This document shows, piece by piece, positions 45,611 to 55,778 of a stretch of 64,000 bases of DNA. The stretch is from positions 6,856 to 70,855 of the forward strand of contig JBBTCZ010000042.1 of NCBI GenBank assembly GCA_038042985.1, in the 5' to 3' direction. The translations under genes were made by a program, and so were the position numbers. This stretch comes from Pseudomonadota bacterium (lineage in GTDB: Bacteria > Pseudomonadota > Gammaproteobacteria > Burkholderiales > Thiobacteraceae). Each line of letters starts with the position of its first letter. The stretch's first letter is position 1. The notes below the pieces were generated by a model. The model was not told where the DNA came from. It saw nothing but the letters and a program-made list of their open reading frames with translations, and did no database searches.

Positions 45611-47934
45611 GGCTGTTATTTGGCGCATTGCTTTTCGTAACATCTGTTGCCCATGGTGGCGAGGCCGAGCGGGTATTCGAGCAAGTGCGCGGCTCCATGG
45701 TGATCGTGACGATATTGGATGAACGCAACGAGATCGAAGGGGAAGGAAGCGGAGTCGTGATCAGTGATGGCAAGATCATCACCAATTGCCATGTGGTGCG
45801 CGACGCAGGTTCGATTCGCGTGACATGGACCGATCAGACGTTTCCCGCGACGCTGGAATTGGATGACACCGAGCGGGATTTATGTCGATTGCAGGTGAAA
45901 AGCCTCAACGCAAAGCCCATCAAACTACGCGCTATTAAAGACGTGGCCCCGGGCGAAACCGTTTTTGCTATCGGCAACCCACTCGGCTTGGGGCTGTCGG
46001 TAAGCGCAGGCATAGTGTCTGCGGTGAAGGAGTATCAGGGGCAGCAGCTAGTGTTTTCCTCCACGCCGGTTGCGCCGGGTTCCAGCGGGGGCGGGCTGTT
46101 CGATGCAGAAGGAAGGCTGGTCGGCATTACTTCAGCCATATTGAGTCGCGGCCAGAATTTTAATTTGTCGGTGCCAGCCGATGGCATCGCCGAATTGGAT
46201 AAGCGGGGGAAAGTCCCAAAAGTTTCGCCTGATGTCGGGCCAGACCCAGACTGGGTAGGACAGGCCGATATCTTTCGCACCGCGGGGCAGTGGCTCAAGC
46301 TTGCTGAGTTAGCGCGGCAATGGGCGGCTGTTTACCCAACAGCCTCGCTACCCGATGGTTTTCTCGGCTTGGCGCTTTATAACCTGGGCGAGTTCGATCG
46401 CGCGCAGAAAATATTGCTCAATGCTACGCGTGATCCAGGCAACGCTGCGGCGCGTGCCTATCTGGCCATGACGCTGCATGCGTTGGGTGATAAGCAGCAG
46501 GCGAATAAATTTCTTGAACAAGCCATGCAGTTGGAGCCTCACGCAGGTTTCTACTGGCTGGTTCGGGCAGACTGGCAACTGAAAGCGCGTGAATATGAAG
46601 CAATGCTCGTGTCCACCCGGGAGGTAGTGCGGCGCGAGCCATGGAATGAGCGCGGCTGGACGTTGCAGGGGGCGGCGTTACAAAGCCTAGGGCGCTTCCA
46701 AGAAGCTGCGCTGGCATACCGAACGAGTCTGCGTTTAAAGCCGGGCGATGAGGGCGTCACTAGCGGTTTGGCGGCGGTGTTGGCGGCGAGTGGCGCAAAT
46801 ACCGATGCGCGGCGTGTGCTGGCGGGCGCATCGAAAGAACAGGCATACGATGCCCAAAGCTGGTTCAACATCGGCGTGGATGAGGAGAAGAAAAAAAACA
46901 TCGCGGAGGCGGAGCGCGCCTACCGTAAGGCATTGGAACTCGACCCCAAGGCCGAGCATGCCTGGCACCGTTTAGGGATAGTGCTGATGACATCTGGTCG
47001 TAGTCAGGAAGCGGAAAAAGCTATGCGCAAGTCTTTGGAGCTGAAGCCGGATAGTGCCGCTGTAATGGCCGATCTGGCTGAAATGTTAAAAGCGCGGGGC
47101 GAAAAAATAGAACGCAAAACGCTGCTTGAGAAAGCCTACGCGCTAGCGCCTGCATCGCCGCATGTTGCTTATGGCATGGTCGCCTTGCGCCAAGAGATGC
47201 GCGATTACCCCGGTATGATTGCGCCCTTGCAGATGCTGGCACAGGCCTATCCTAAGGATGCACAAACTTGGGCGACACTGGGTGATGCGCTAGTGCGAAT
47301 GGGAAAGCTGGAAGAAGGCTACAAGGCACTCAAGACGGCTCAGGAAATCGACCCAAAAAACACCGTCATGCTTAGCGCATTGGCTACCTATCACGGCTTG
47401 CGCGGCCAGTACGCCGATGCGCTTTCATTTGCGGAGCAGTCTCTTGCCATCAATGGGGCCGATGCTTATGGCTGGAGCAACAAGGGCTACACGCTGCTCA
47501 AGCTGAAGCGATTTGCGGAGGCCGCTCAAGCCTTGGAAACGGCGGTACGTTTGCAACCCGATTTTGCGACCGCCTGGATCAATCTCGGAGAAGCCTACTT
47601 ACGCCTAGGTCAATTGGGTAAGGCCATCGTGATACTGGAAAAGGCGCTCACCCTCGCCCCGACTGCGGCAGATGCCAAGCTATTTCTAACGCAGGCCTAC
47701 CTGGCAAGCAAACAGCCCGACAAGGCTAAGCCTTACGCCGAATCGTTGGTGCAGCAATTGCCACAGAATCCGGGCGGCTGGTACCTCTTGACGGGCATAC
47801 ACCTCACGCTAAATAACCGCAAAGAGGCGCTGGAGGCCTACGACAGACTCAAGCAATTGAGCCCGACCACTGCGAGCGATTTGCGAGAGAAAACCCGTGG
47901 GCGTTTACCAGCAGGTTTCGAGCTTCCGCAGTGA
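45607..47934 (+). CDS. Periplasmic trypsin-like (S1/DegP-like fold) serine protease fused to a long TPR array
   Basis: 775 aa; ATGA overlap with the upstream gene; signal peptide. His (TNCHVV), Asp (ERDLCRL) and Ser (PGSSGGGLFD) are intact. Confidence 0.8.
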   Translation: MRLLFGALLFVTSVAHGGEAERVFEQVRGSMVIVTILDERNEIEGEGSGVVISDGKIITNCHVVRDAGSIRVTWTDQTFPATLELDDTERDLCRLQVKSLNAKPIKLRAIKDVAPGETVFAIGNPLGLGLSVSAGIVSAVKEYQGQQLVFSSTPVAPGSSGGGLFDAEGRLVGITSAILSRGQNFNLSVPADGIAELDKRGKVPKVSPDVGPDPDWVGQADIFRTAGQWLKLAELARQWAAVYPTASLPDGFLGLALYNLGEFDRAQKILLNATRDPGNAAARAYLAMTLHALGDKQQANKFLEQAMQLEPHAGFYWLVRADWQLKAREYEAMLVSTREVVRREPWNERGWTLQGAALQSLGRFQEAALAYRTSLRLKPGDEGVTSGLAAVLAASGANTDARRVLAGASKEQAYDAQSWFNIGVDEEKKKNIAEAERAYRKALELDPKAEHAWHRLGIVLMTSGRSQEAEKAMRKSLELKPDSAAVMADLAEMLKARGEKIERKTLLEKAYALAPASPHVAYGMVALRQEMRDYPGMIAPLQMLAQAYPKDAQTWATLGDALVRMGKLEEGYKALKTAQEIDPKNTVMLSALATYHGLRGQYADALSFAEQSLAINGADAYGWSNKGYTLLKLKRFAEAAQALETAVRLQPDFATAWINLGEAYLRLGQLGKAIVILEKALTLAPTAADAKLFLTQAYLASKQPDKAKPYAESLVQQLPQNPGGWYLLTGIHLTLNNRKEALEAYDRLKQLSPTTASDLREKTRGRLPAGFELPQ

Positions 47935-47978
47935 ATGCGCTTTGCCTATGGTGGATGAGAAGGCTGTAGTTTTTTCCG

Positions 47979-48226
47979 ATGGTCAAACTACTACGCTTAC
48001 TTTTCTTCGCGCTTATCGTGCGTCCCTTGGCACTAGTCATCATCGGTCTCAACTTTCGCCACCGCGAGCGTCTGCCCAAGGGCGAGGCGCTGCTGGTGCT
48101 CTTTTTCTGCGGCGTGTTCGTGGGTGTGGCGATTCATTGGCAGGGTGCAAGCAGACGTTCATGAATGAACTCGATGCCCGCATGCATGCGCTTGCCGACG
48201 AGGGAAAATTCGCGCCGTGGGCGTGA
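47979..48226 (+). pseudogene. Remnant of a PlsC/LPLAT-family acyltransferase gene (N- and C-terminal ends only, frameshifted)
   Basis: LLRLLFFALIVRPLALVIIGLNFRHRERLP joins directly to KGEALLVLFFCGVFVG..W.G. A different frame then continues FMNELDARMHALADEGKFAPWA. The HX4D catalytic core is absent. Confidence 0.45.
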
Positions 48227-48476
48227 ACCTATTCGCCTTCTGTGGAAAATTGCCAAGGCGAGTTGTGCTTCATCGTCCTGACTAGCCGTCATCGTAGCTG
48301 CGGCGAGGGGGCAGCACGCGGCGGTAACTCACGCCGATAGTGCTTTGAAACAATATCAAAAAATTGTGCTAAGTTTAATTCGTGGGCTTGGAAATTGATG
48401 CGGCCCAAACCTCGAAGTAAATTTCAATAGCCTGCTAACGCCACATTTACAGGTATCAATAAAAAAAGGGGATACG

Positions 48477-50990
48477 ATGAAACCGCTAATGTTGCTTGTC
48501 GCTTTGTTTTTCTCTTTATGCAATGTTGCTTCTGCCCAAACGCTTGATCGACCCGCTAGAGTCACAGTCGACTCAGCCAGCAACATTTACGTCAGTGAAC
48601 AGCCCGCGGGTGTAACGGTTGGTGAGGTGGTTGTCATTGCGCCGTCGGGTACGATCACCATGCGCATCCATAGTGCAGGCTCGACGATTGCTAACCCCGG
48701 CTATTTTTCTTCAATACGTGATCTCGCGATTGGCCCCGATGGTAATCTGTATCTATTGGATGGCGTGCAAAAGCGCATCGTGCGCATGAGCACGGCGGGC
48801 GCACCGCTCGGAGCGATTTCGCTACCTGCGACCTCGAAAGCGAGCGCATTTGTGTTTTTGGCCAATGGCAATCTGCTGATTGCGGATGCCAGTAACGGCA
48901 AAGTCTTAACGCTAAATGCCAGTGGCCAGTTGCTGGGTAGCTTCAATGTGTTTGACCTCCCCGTGCGGCCAAATGAATTTTTCGATATTGCGCTCGATGC
49001 GAACGGCCATTTGCTGGTGATTGACCCGGACAATAACCGCATCATCAAATTTGATTTAAGCGGGGCGCAACCCAGCAGACTCGGTTGGCTGGGTGGTTGT
49101 AGCAGCGGGAGCAGCTGCATCAAAGCGCCAGGCAGCTCCATTGGACATACCAACGGATTTTGCAACGGCACGGTCGCGCAATGCGGTACACCGATTGCGG
49201 TGCGCATCCCTGGCGGCTTCGAGCGGGCGTTTTATGTAGCGACCGATCCGGCAGGCGATTTCTATGTCACTGATCTGATCCAAGGCGTGCAGCATTTTAG
49301 TCCAACGTCTGCGCCTTTAGGCGCGCTGCCGCGTGGGCGCAATGTTGGCCAGACCGGCGGCGGCCACATTTTTGTCGCTGCCAATGGTGATCTGTATGTA
49401 GCCGACACGGGGAACAATCGCGTCAGCCGCTTTAGCCGCGCGGGCGCGCCAATTACCGTCGTGGGCGGAGGCGTAGATATTTCCGTGATGCCCGGCGATA
49501 CCGATCTCAATCGGATCGCCTTGAGCGAGCAAACCCCTACAAACGTTGCAGTGCCTGCGGTGGTGTTGGTTTCGTCCTTGGGTTATACCGGGCCCGTCAC
49601 GCTGGCGGCCACGGCTTGCTTGCGTGAGACGGCATCGCCGCCGTATGTGCCCTGCGCGAACTACGGGCTCTCGACGCAGTTATCCAAAACCACGTTGTCA
49701 CTCACTGCTGGCGGTCAGGATACATCGAACCTCACCGTCACAGCCAACACCGTTATCCCAGGACGCACGCTGAATGGGAAATATTTGGTCGCCATCTCCG
49801 CAGTGGATGCGTCTGGTCGCGTGCTTGTCTCATGGGGCGGTGCAGCGATAAATGTGAATCTTGCCGACAAGTTCGGCATCGTTGCCAACCCCGGCCAATT
49901 AAAAATGTTTCCGGGCGAAACTAAGAACGTGCAATTGGCACTCACCAACTTAAGCGGTGTGGCCGGTCGAGTCGATCTGGAAACTGGCGTCTCACCGCCA
50001 CAAGCGGCCGGGCATATGAGTAACATGCTGACGCCGAACTTTGTTACCACCACTCGATTTGCCGCTGTGCCGACCACACCGCAATTGCAGATAAAACTTG
50101 CTGAAAAAGCACGCAGTGGCAACCCGAATATAAATATTTTTGCGAAACGGGCGGCGGCGCAAATTGGCAACACCACGGTCGATTTACAAATTGACTGTAA
50201 CTGCCGTGATACGGGCGCCTTTGTCGAGCCCAATCTACTGACGGTGATACCCTCGGCCAGCAATCCGCTTACGGGTACTTCGCCTTCCGGTACTTACATC
50301 GTCAACACGGGTTTCATTCCGAGCGGTGCGGGGCCGATACCCTGGGTGGAAATCCCCGGTAAAGTGGGGCAAGTGTCGAACGCCGCCGCGTGGGGCTTCA
50401 GCCCGAATGAGAAATATTTTTTGGTTGCAACGCTGAATGCCTCGATCCCGAATCAAACTTACCTTACGGTTTATGATCTCTCGGCGTACAACCGTATCGT
50501 GCAAAATACGACGATCATGGGCTCCGCTTTATGGGGGTTTAGCCCCGACGACAAGACTTTTCTGATCGCGCACGATGTATCTGTCTCCCCCTCGCGCATA
50601 TATACCTTGCTCGCCTATGACCTGGCCCATGCGTATTCCGCGCCGATGTTGAACCAGCAATTTAATGGCGGCAATGAGTTTTTTCGTTTCAGCCCCTGCG
50701 GCGACATGATCATGCACTATGAACAGCGCGCGGTCGGCGGCGGTGCCACGGAGCGCGATGCACGGTTCTGGGCGCTCGATGGCGGGCATTCGCCTGCCAG
50801 CCAGCTGCTTGCCAAGGCGGTCTATATCGGCAATACCGCGAGTAATAATGCTCCCGCGGCGCGTGTCGTTGCTGCTTCCTCGATTCCCACCGGATCGAAT
50901 GGCGATTTCGATGTCCTGCTGTCGTATTTAGCGGTGCAAGGAAGTTCACGCATCGATGGTTTCCAGAGTCTGCAATGCCGCGCACGCTAA
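48477..50990 (+). CDS. Large secreted NHL-repeat / beta-propeller protein
   Basis: 837 aa; signal peptide MKPLMLLVALFFSLCNVASA. Repeated NHL-type blades (GNLYLLD...RIVR, GHLLVIDPDNNRIIKF, GDLYVADTGNNRVSRF). C-terminal FSP(N/D) PD40-like repeats. Confidence 0.8.
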   Translation: MKPLMLLVALFFSLCNVASAQTLDRPARVTVDSASNIYVSEQPAGVTVGEVVVIAPSGTITMRIHSAGSTIANPGYFSSIRDLAIGPDGNLYLLDGVQKRIVRMSTAGAPLGAISLPATSKASAFVFLANGNLLIADASNGKVLTLNASGQLLGSFNVFDLPVRPNEFFDIALDANGHLLVIDPDNNRIIKFDLSGAQPSRLGWLGGCSSGSSCIKAPGSSIGHTNGFCNGTVAQCGTPIAVRIPGGFERAFYVATDPAGDFYVTDLIQGVQHFSPTSAPLGALPRGRNVGQTGGGHIFVAANGDLYVADTGNNRVSRFSRAGAPITVVGGGVDISVMPGDTDLNRIALSEQTPTNVAVPAVVLVSSLGYTGPVTLAATACLRETASPPYVPCANYGLSTQLSKTTLSLTAGGQDTSNLTVTANTVIPGRTLNGKYLVAISAVDASGRVLVSWGGAAINVNLADKFGIVANPGQLKMFPGETKNVQLALTNLSGVAGRVDLETGVSPPQAAGHMSNMLTPNFVTTTRFAAVPTTPQLQIKLAEKARSGNPNINIFAKRAAAQIGNTTVDLQIDCNCRDTGAFVEPNLLTVIPSASNPLTGTSPSGTYIVNTGFIPSGAGPIPWVEIPGKVGQVSNAAAWGFSPNEKYFLVATLNASIPNQTYLTVYDLSAYNRIVQNTTIMGSALWGFSPDDKTFLIAHDVSVSPSRIYTLLAYDLAHAYSAPMLNQQFNGGNEFFRFSPCGDMIMHYEQRAVGGGATERDARFWALDGGHSPASQLLAKAVYIGNTASNNAPAARVVAASSIPTGSNGDFDVLLSYLAVQGSSRIDGFQSLQCRAR

Positions 50991-51092
50991 TCTAGCTCGC
51001 GTTCTTTCATACAATCCACAATGTGTTTTATTACTGATTCCGGCCCTCATGGCCGGGATCAGCTAAGTGGATGCCACTGCAATCGTGCAGCG

Positions 51093-52499
51093 CTACTCCG
51101 CCTGCAGCTCAATTTTAAGCGGCGTATCTTCAGTCACTTTTTTACTGAAATCGCCGACCAGTTGCGGGAAGGCGAGCACCATCGCCACCATGGCGATTTG
51201 AATCAACACGAAGGGCACCGCGCCCCAATAGATTTGTGCGGTGCTCACGCCCCCGGTTAATTTCCCCGTGACTTTGTCCACGTAATCTTCTTTCGGTGCG
51301 ACGCTGCGCAGGAAAAAAAGCGCGAAGCCGAATGGCGGATGCAGGAATGAAGTCTGCATGTTGATCGCCAGCAGCACGCCGAACCAAACCAAGTCGATAC
51401 CGAGCAGGGTCGCGACTGGGGCGAGCAGCGGCACCAGGATGAAGGCCAGCTCGAAGAAATCCAGAAAGAAGGCGAGCACGAAGACCAGTAGGTTCACCAC
51501 GATCAGAAAGCCGAGCGCGCCGCCGGGTAACCCGCCCAATAATTGTTCTACCCACAGGTCGCCGTTCACCGCGCGGAACACCAGTCCGAACACGGTGGAG
51601 CCGATCAGAATGAACATCACGAACGAAGATAGCTTGGCGGTGGAATCCAAGGCTTGCTTCAGCAGCGAAAGGTTGAAGCGCCGGTTCAGCAACGCCAAGG
51701 CCAGCGCGCCGACCGCACCCATGGCCCCGCCTTCGGTGGGTGTGGCTATTCCTAAGAAGATGGTGCCCAACACCAGAAAAATCAGCGCCAAGGGTGGCAC
51801 CAGCGAGACCATTACTTTGACGGCGAGTTGGCGTCCGTTGAGCGCGCGCGCGCTCAAGGGCAGCGCCGGGGCCGCCATCGGTTTGATCAGGGTGATGACT
51901 AGCACATACACCATGTACAGACCGGCGAGCATGAGGCCGGGTAGCAGCGCGCCTTGGTACAAATCGCTGACGGGCTGCTGCAATTGATCGGCGAGCACGA
52001 TCAGCACCAGGCTCGGTGGAATGATTTGCGCTAGCGTGCCGGAGGCGGCGATGACACCGGCGGCCAAGCGTCGGTCGTAGCCATAGCGCAGCATCAAGGG
52101 CAGCGAGATCAAGCCCATCGAGATCACCGCTGCGGCCACGACGCCGGTAGTGGCCGCGAGTAAGGCGCCGACGAAAATCACCGCATAGGCAATGCCGCCG
52201 CGCATTGGGCCGAAGAGTTGACCGATGGTGTCGAGCAGATCCTCAGCTAAACCGCTGCGCTCCATGACCAGCCCCATAAAGGTGAAGAAGGGAATCGCCA
52301 GCAGCGTTTCGTTTTGCATGATGCCGTAAATGCGATGCGGCAACGCGCCCAGCAGATCGGGCGTGAGCAGGCCGTATTCGATGCCGATTATTGCGAACAG
52401 CAAACCGTTGGCGGCGAGCGCGAAGGCGACCGGATAGCCCAGCAACAAAAACAGCACCAGGGCGGCGAACATGAGCGGAGCCAGCCAGTCGGCGCTCAT
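51093..52499 (-). CDS. TRAP transporter large permease (DctM, COG4664/FcbT3-type)
   Basis: 468 aa polytopic protein; overlaps dctQ by 4 nt. Confidence 0.85.
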   Translation of the reverse strand: MSADWLAPLMFAALVLFLLLGYPVAFALAANGLLFAIIGIEYGLLTPDLLGALPHRIYGIMQNETLLAIPFFTFMGLVMERSGLAEDLLDTIGQLFGPMRGGIAYAVIFVGALLAATTGVVAAAVISMGLISLPLMLRYGYDRRLAAGVIAASGTLAQIIPPSLVLIVLADQLQQPVSDLYQGALLPGLMLAGLYMVYVLVITLIKPMAAPALPLSARALNGRQLAVKVMVSLVPPLALIFLVLGTIFLGIATPTEGGAMGAVGALALALLNRRFNLSLLKQALDSTAKLSSFVMFILIGSTVFGLVFRAVNGDLWVEQLLGGLPGGALGFLIVVNLLVFVLAFFLDFFELAFILVPLLAPVATLLGIDLVWFGVLLAINMQTSFLHPPFGFALFFLRSVAPKEDYVDKVTGKLTGGVSTAQIYWGAVPFVLIQIAMVAMVLAFPQLVGDFSKKVTEDTPLKIELQAE

Positions 52500-53020
52500 G
52501 ATTTATGCTCCGGCGGTTCCTCGCCGGCAAGATAGCCGATGCGTTTGATGATTTCCGCCACGCCTTGCAGCAGCAGCAGGGTGAAGCCGAGCGGGATCAT
52601 CAGTTTCGCCGGCCACAGCATCAAGCCGCCCGGATTATTCGACCACTCTTGTGCGGAATAGGAATTCAGAAAAAACGGCCAGGCGTGATAGAGCACGAGG
52701 GCGCACAGCGGTAGCAGAAACAGCAGCCCGCCGACAATGTCGATCCACGCTTGCGCGCGTGGACCAAAGCGGCTTACGAGAATGTCGATGCGCACATGCT
52801 CGTTCTTCAACAGCGTATAACCCGCCGCGAGCAGAAATACCGCTGCGAACAAGGTCCATTGAATTTCGAGAAATGCATTGGAACTCATCTGGAATGCCTT
52901 GCGCATGATGGCGTTGCCGGCGCTGATCAGCACAGTGGCGAGAATCAGCCACGACACCGCGCGGCCGATGCGCTGATTCAGACGATCGATAAAATGGGCG
53001 AGGGTGAGCAGTGGTTTCAT
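52496..53020 (-). CDS. TRAP transporter small permease (DctQ, COG4665/FcbT2-type)
   Basis: 174 aa, 4 TM segments, immediately upstream of the large permease. Confidence 0.8.
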   Translation of the reverse strand: MKPLLTLAHFIDRLNQRIGRAVSWLILATVLISAGNAIMRKAFQMSSNAFLEIQWTLFAAVFLLAAGYTLLKNEHVRIDILVSRFGPRAQAWIDIVGGLLFLLPLCALVLYHAWPFFLNSYSAQEWSNNPGGLMLWPAKLMIPLGFTLLLLQGVAEIIKRIGYLAGEEPPEHKS

Positions 53021-53102
53021 GATGGGGATAGGGTGGGTGTAGGACGCGATTATAGGCAGGCCGGCTGTTCCCCGTCGAATTGACCCCTGTTACCATGGGC
53101 CT

Positions 53103-53891
53103 ATGCGTAACTATCGCGTTTTGATCGGTATGGGTGGCGTGCCGCCGCACGACAACCCCCAAGCCTATGTGTGGGAGCACCGGCTGCATTGGCTCATGGT
53201 GGCGGTGGCGCTGCTTGCGCTGCCGGCTTTCTATTTTGAAGAAGTAGCGACCAACGGCTTGTTGCGCCATGTGGGGCAGGCGCTGGACGCTTTTATCCTG
53301 CTTGCCTTCAGCGCGGAATTTTTCTGGATGCTGCGCCAGACGCGCCAACCGCGCTTGTACGTGGCCTACAATTGGCTCGATCTGCTGATTATTTTCGCCG
53401 CTGCAATCAGCTTCGCCGGCGTTGCGTCGGAATGGGTGCCGCTGGCGCGCTTGCTGCGCATCGCTTATGTCACGCTGGTGTTGGCGCGGGCGCTGGGTTC
53501 GATGCGCAATGTGTTGTCGCCCACTAGCTTGCCGTATTTTCTGGGCTGGGGCGCGGTCACGCTGGCGCTGGCCGGGGCGGGATTTTACTGGCTGGAGCCG
53601 ACGATTCACTCCTATGGCGACGGTCTGTGGCTCGCGTTCGTGACCGGCGCCACCGTGGGCTATGGCGATTTCGTGCCGACCACCGCCGCTTCGCGCTTTT
53701 TTGCAGTGATCATGGTGATCGCCGGATTCGCGATGTTGTCCTTGGTAACCGCGAGTATCGCCGCGTATTTCATCGGCGAGGACGAGAAAATATTGCGCCG
53801 CGAAATGCATCAAGACATCAAAGCGCTGCGCGAGGAAGTGGCCAAGCTGCGTACGGATATCGCCGAGCTCTCCGGCAAACGCCCCGAATAG
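53103..53891 (+). CDS. Potassium channel (voltage-gated-like ion transport family)
   Basis: 262 aa; selectivity filter TVGYGD in [14 protein letters not shown]; S4-like segment [16 protein letters not shown]. Confidence 0.85.
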   Translation: MRNYRVLIGMGGVPPHDNPQAYVWEHRLHWLMVAVALLALPAFYFEEVATNGLLRHVGQALDAFILLAFSAEFFWMLRQTRQPRLYVAYNWLDLLIIFAAAISFAGVASEWVPLARLLRIAYVTLVLARALGSMRNVLSPTSLPYFLGWGAVTLALAGAGFYWLEPTIHSYGDGLWLAFVTGATVGYGDFVPTTAASRFFAVIMVIAGFAMLSLVTASIAAYFIGEDEKILRREMHQDIKALREEVAKLRTDIAELSGKRPE

Positions 53892-53916
53892 AACGGTTCG
53901 CTACCCCGCCTCCGCG

Positions 53917-53925
53917 TGGTAAAAT
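53917..53925 (+). promoter_or_regulatory. Possible extended -10 element for glyA
   Basis: TGGTAAAAT (TGn + TAAAAT) 32 nt upstream of the glyA ATG. No clear -35. Confidence 0.3.
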
Positions 53926-53956
53926 CCGTTTTTTTCAATTACTTGAGCCATCTCCC

Positions 53957-55207
53957 ATGTTCAGTTCCAGTCAGACTATTCAAGCCATCGATCCCGATTT
54001 GTGGAAAGCGATGGAGCAAGAGCGCCAGCGCCAGGAAGATCACATCGAGTTGATCGCCTCCGAAAACTACACCAGCCCGGCGGTGATGCAGGCTCAGGGT
54101 TCGGTACTCACCAATAAATACGCTGAGGGTTATCCCGGCAAGCGCTACTACGGCGGCTGCGAGTACGTGGATATCGCCGAGCAATTGGCAATCGACCGGG
54201 TCAAGGCTCTGTTCGGTGCCGAATATGCCAATGTGCAACCGCACTCTGGTTCGCAAGCCAACGCCGCGGTTTACATGTCCGTGTTGCAGCCAGGCGATAC
54301 GATTCTCGGCATGTCGCTCGCGCATGGTGGTCATTTGACCCACGGTTCTTCGGTCAACTTCAGCGGCAAGATATATAAAGCGGTCACCTATGGCCTGCAC
54401 CCCGAGACCGAAGCCATCGATTACGACGAAGTGCAGCGCTTGGCGACGGAGCACAAGCCGAAGATGGTTGTGGCCGGCGCGTCTGCGTATTCGCTGGTGA
54501 TTGATTGGAAACGTTTCCGCCACATCGCCGATAGTGTCGGCGCGTATCTATTCGTGGACATGGCGCACTACGCTGGCCTGGTGGCAGCGGGTGTGTATCC
54601 AAGCCCGGTGGGCATCGCCGATTTCGTGACCAGTACCACGCACAAGACCCTGCGCGGTCCGCGCGGCGGCATCATTCTGGCCAAGGCCGAATTTGAAAAG
54701 CCGCTTAACTCCACCATTTTCCCCGGCACCCAAGGCGGCCCGCTGATGCACGTCATCGCGGCGAAAGCTGTGGCGTTTAAAGAGGCGATGGGCAAGGATT
54801 TCAAACACTATCAAGAACAAGTGATCGCCAATGCGCGCGTGATGGCAAAAGTGCTGCAAGAGCGCGGCGTGCGCATCGTCTCCGGCCGCACCGATTCGCA
54901 TCTGTTCCTGGTCGATCTGCGCGCCAAAAACCTGACCGGCAAAGAAGCTGAAGCCGCCTTGGGTCGTGCGCATATCACGGTGAATAAAAACGCGATTCCG
55001 AACGACCCGCAAAAGCCTTTCGTCACCAGCGGCATTCGCATCGGCACGCCCGCCATGACCACGCGCGGATTTAAGGAAATCGAAGCCGAGCATTTATCCA
55101 ACCTCATCGCCGATGTGCTGGACGCGCCGAACGACGAAGCCGTGATCGCGCGCGTGGCAAAAGATGCGCAGGCGATGTGCGCGAAGTTTCCGGTATATGG
55201 AAAATAG
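53957..55207 (+). CDS. glyA: Serine hydroxymethyltransferase
   Basis: The ATG at 53957 gives 416 aa. [19 protein letters not shown] and the overall SHMT pattern. Confidence 0.95.
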   Translation: MFSSSQTIQAIDPDLWKAMEQERQRQEDHIELIASENYTSPAVMQAQGSVLTNKYAEGYPGKRYYGGCEYVDIAEQLAIDRVKALFGAEYANVQPHSGSQANAAVYMSVLQPGDTILGMSLAHGGHLTHGSSVNFSGKIYKAVTYGLHPETEAIDYDEVQRLATEHKPKMVVAGASAYSLVIDWKRFRHIADSVGAYLFVDMAHYAGLVAAGVYPSPVGIADFVTSTTHKTLRGPRGGIILAKAEFEKPLNSTIFPGTQGGPLMHVIAAKAVAFKEAMGKDFKHYQEQVIANARVMAKVLQERGVRIVSGRTDSHLFLVDLRAKNLTGKEAEAALGRAHITVNKNAIPNDPQKPFVTSGIRIGTPAMTTRGFKEIEAEHLSNLIADVLDAPNDEAVIARVAKDAQAMCAKFPVYGK

Positions 55208-55234
55208 GCGTCAGGCGTCGGGCGTCGGGCGTCA
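55207..55234. repeat. Heptanucleotide tandem repeat (GGCGTCR)x4
   Basis: GGCGTCA GGCGTCG GGCGTCG GGCGTCA, starting in the glyA stop codon and followed by the hairpin TCAGGG-GAAAA-CCCTGA. Confidence 0.85.
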
Positions 55235-55265
55235 GGGGAAAACCCTGAAGCCGGGAGCCTAAGCG

Positions 55266-55751
55266 ATGAAATGCCCCTTCTGCGGCGCGATAGACACGCA
55301 AGTGATCGACTCGCGCGTGAGCGAGGAAGGGGATAGCATTCGCCGCCGTCGGCGCTGTGCCGAATGCAGCAAGCGTTTCACCACCTACGAAACCGCCGAA
55401 CTGCGCATGCCGCAAATCGTTAAGCAGAACGGTATCCGCGAAGAATTCAAACGCGAAAAACTGCGCACCAGTTTTGTCCGCGCATTGCACAAACGCCCGG
55501 TACCAACAGAGTACGTGGATGCCGCCATTCAACATATTGAGCAAGAACTATTGAGCCTGGGCGAGCGCGAAATTCCGGCGCGGCGCATCGGCGAGATGGT
55601 GATGGCGGCGCTCTACAAGCTGGATAAAGTGGCTTATATCCGCTTCGCCTCGGTCTATCGCAGCTTCCAGGATGTGGAAGATTTCCGCGAAGTGATTCAG
55701 GACATCGATAGCAGCGCGAAGCAGGCTAAGCCTCCTAAGCGCGCGAAGTAG
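55266..55751 (+). CDS. nrdR: Transcriptional repressor NrdR
   Basis: 161 aa; zinc ribbon MKCPFCG...CAEC plus an ATP-cone. Confidence 0.95.
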   Translation: MKCPFCGAIDTQVIDSRVSEEGDSIRRRRRCAECSKRFTTYETAELRMPQIVKQNGIREEFKREKLRTSFVRALHKRPVPTEYVDAAIQHIEQELLSLGEREIPARRIGEMVMAALYKLDKVAYIRFASVYRSFQDVEDFREVIQDIDSSAKQAKPPKRAK

Positions 55752-55778
55752 TTTCTATTTCATTTCTCTGGCGCATTC

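Noticed and set aside
46888-46897. A8 run in the active protease-TPR gene as a slippage site
   Set aside because: It encodes a plausible EEKKKN segment. The run is short and AT homopolymers of this size are common, so nothing supports switching.
52635-53813. 392-aa minus-strand ORF
   Set aside because: It is antisense to the K+ channel gene (clear TVGYGD filter) and overlaps dctQ. Its composition is Arg/His/Gln-rich with no motifs.
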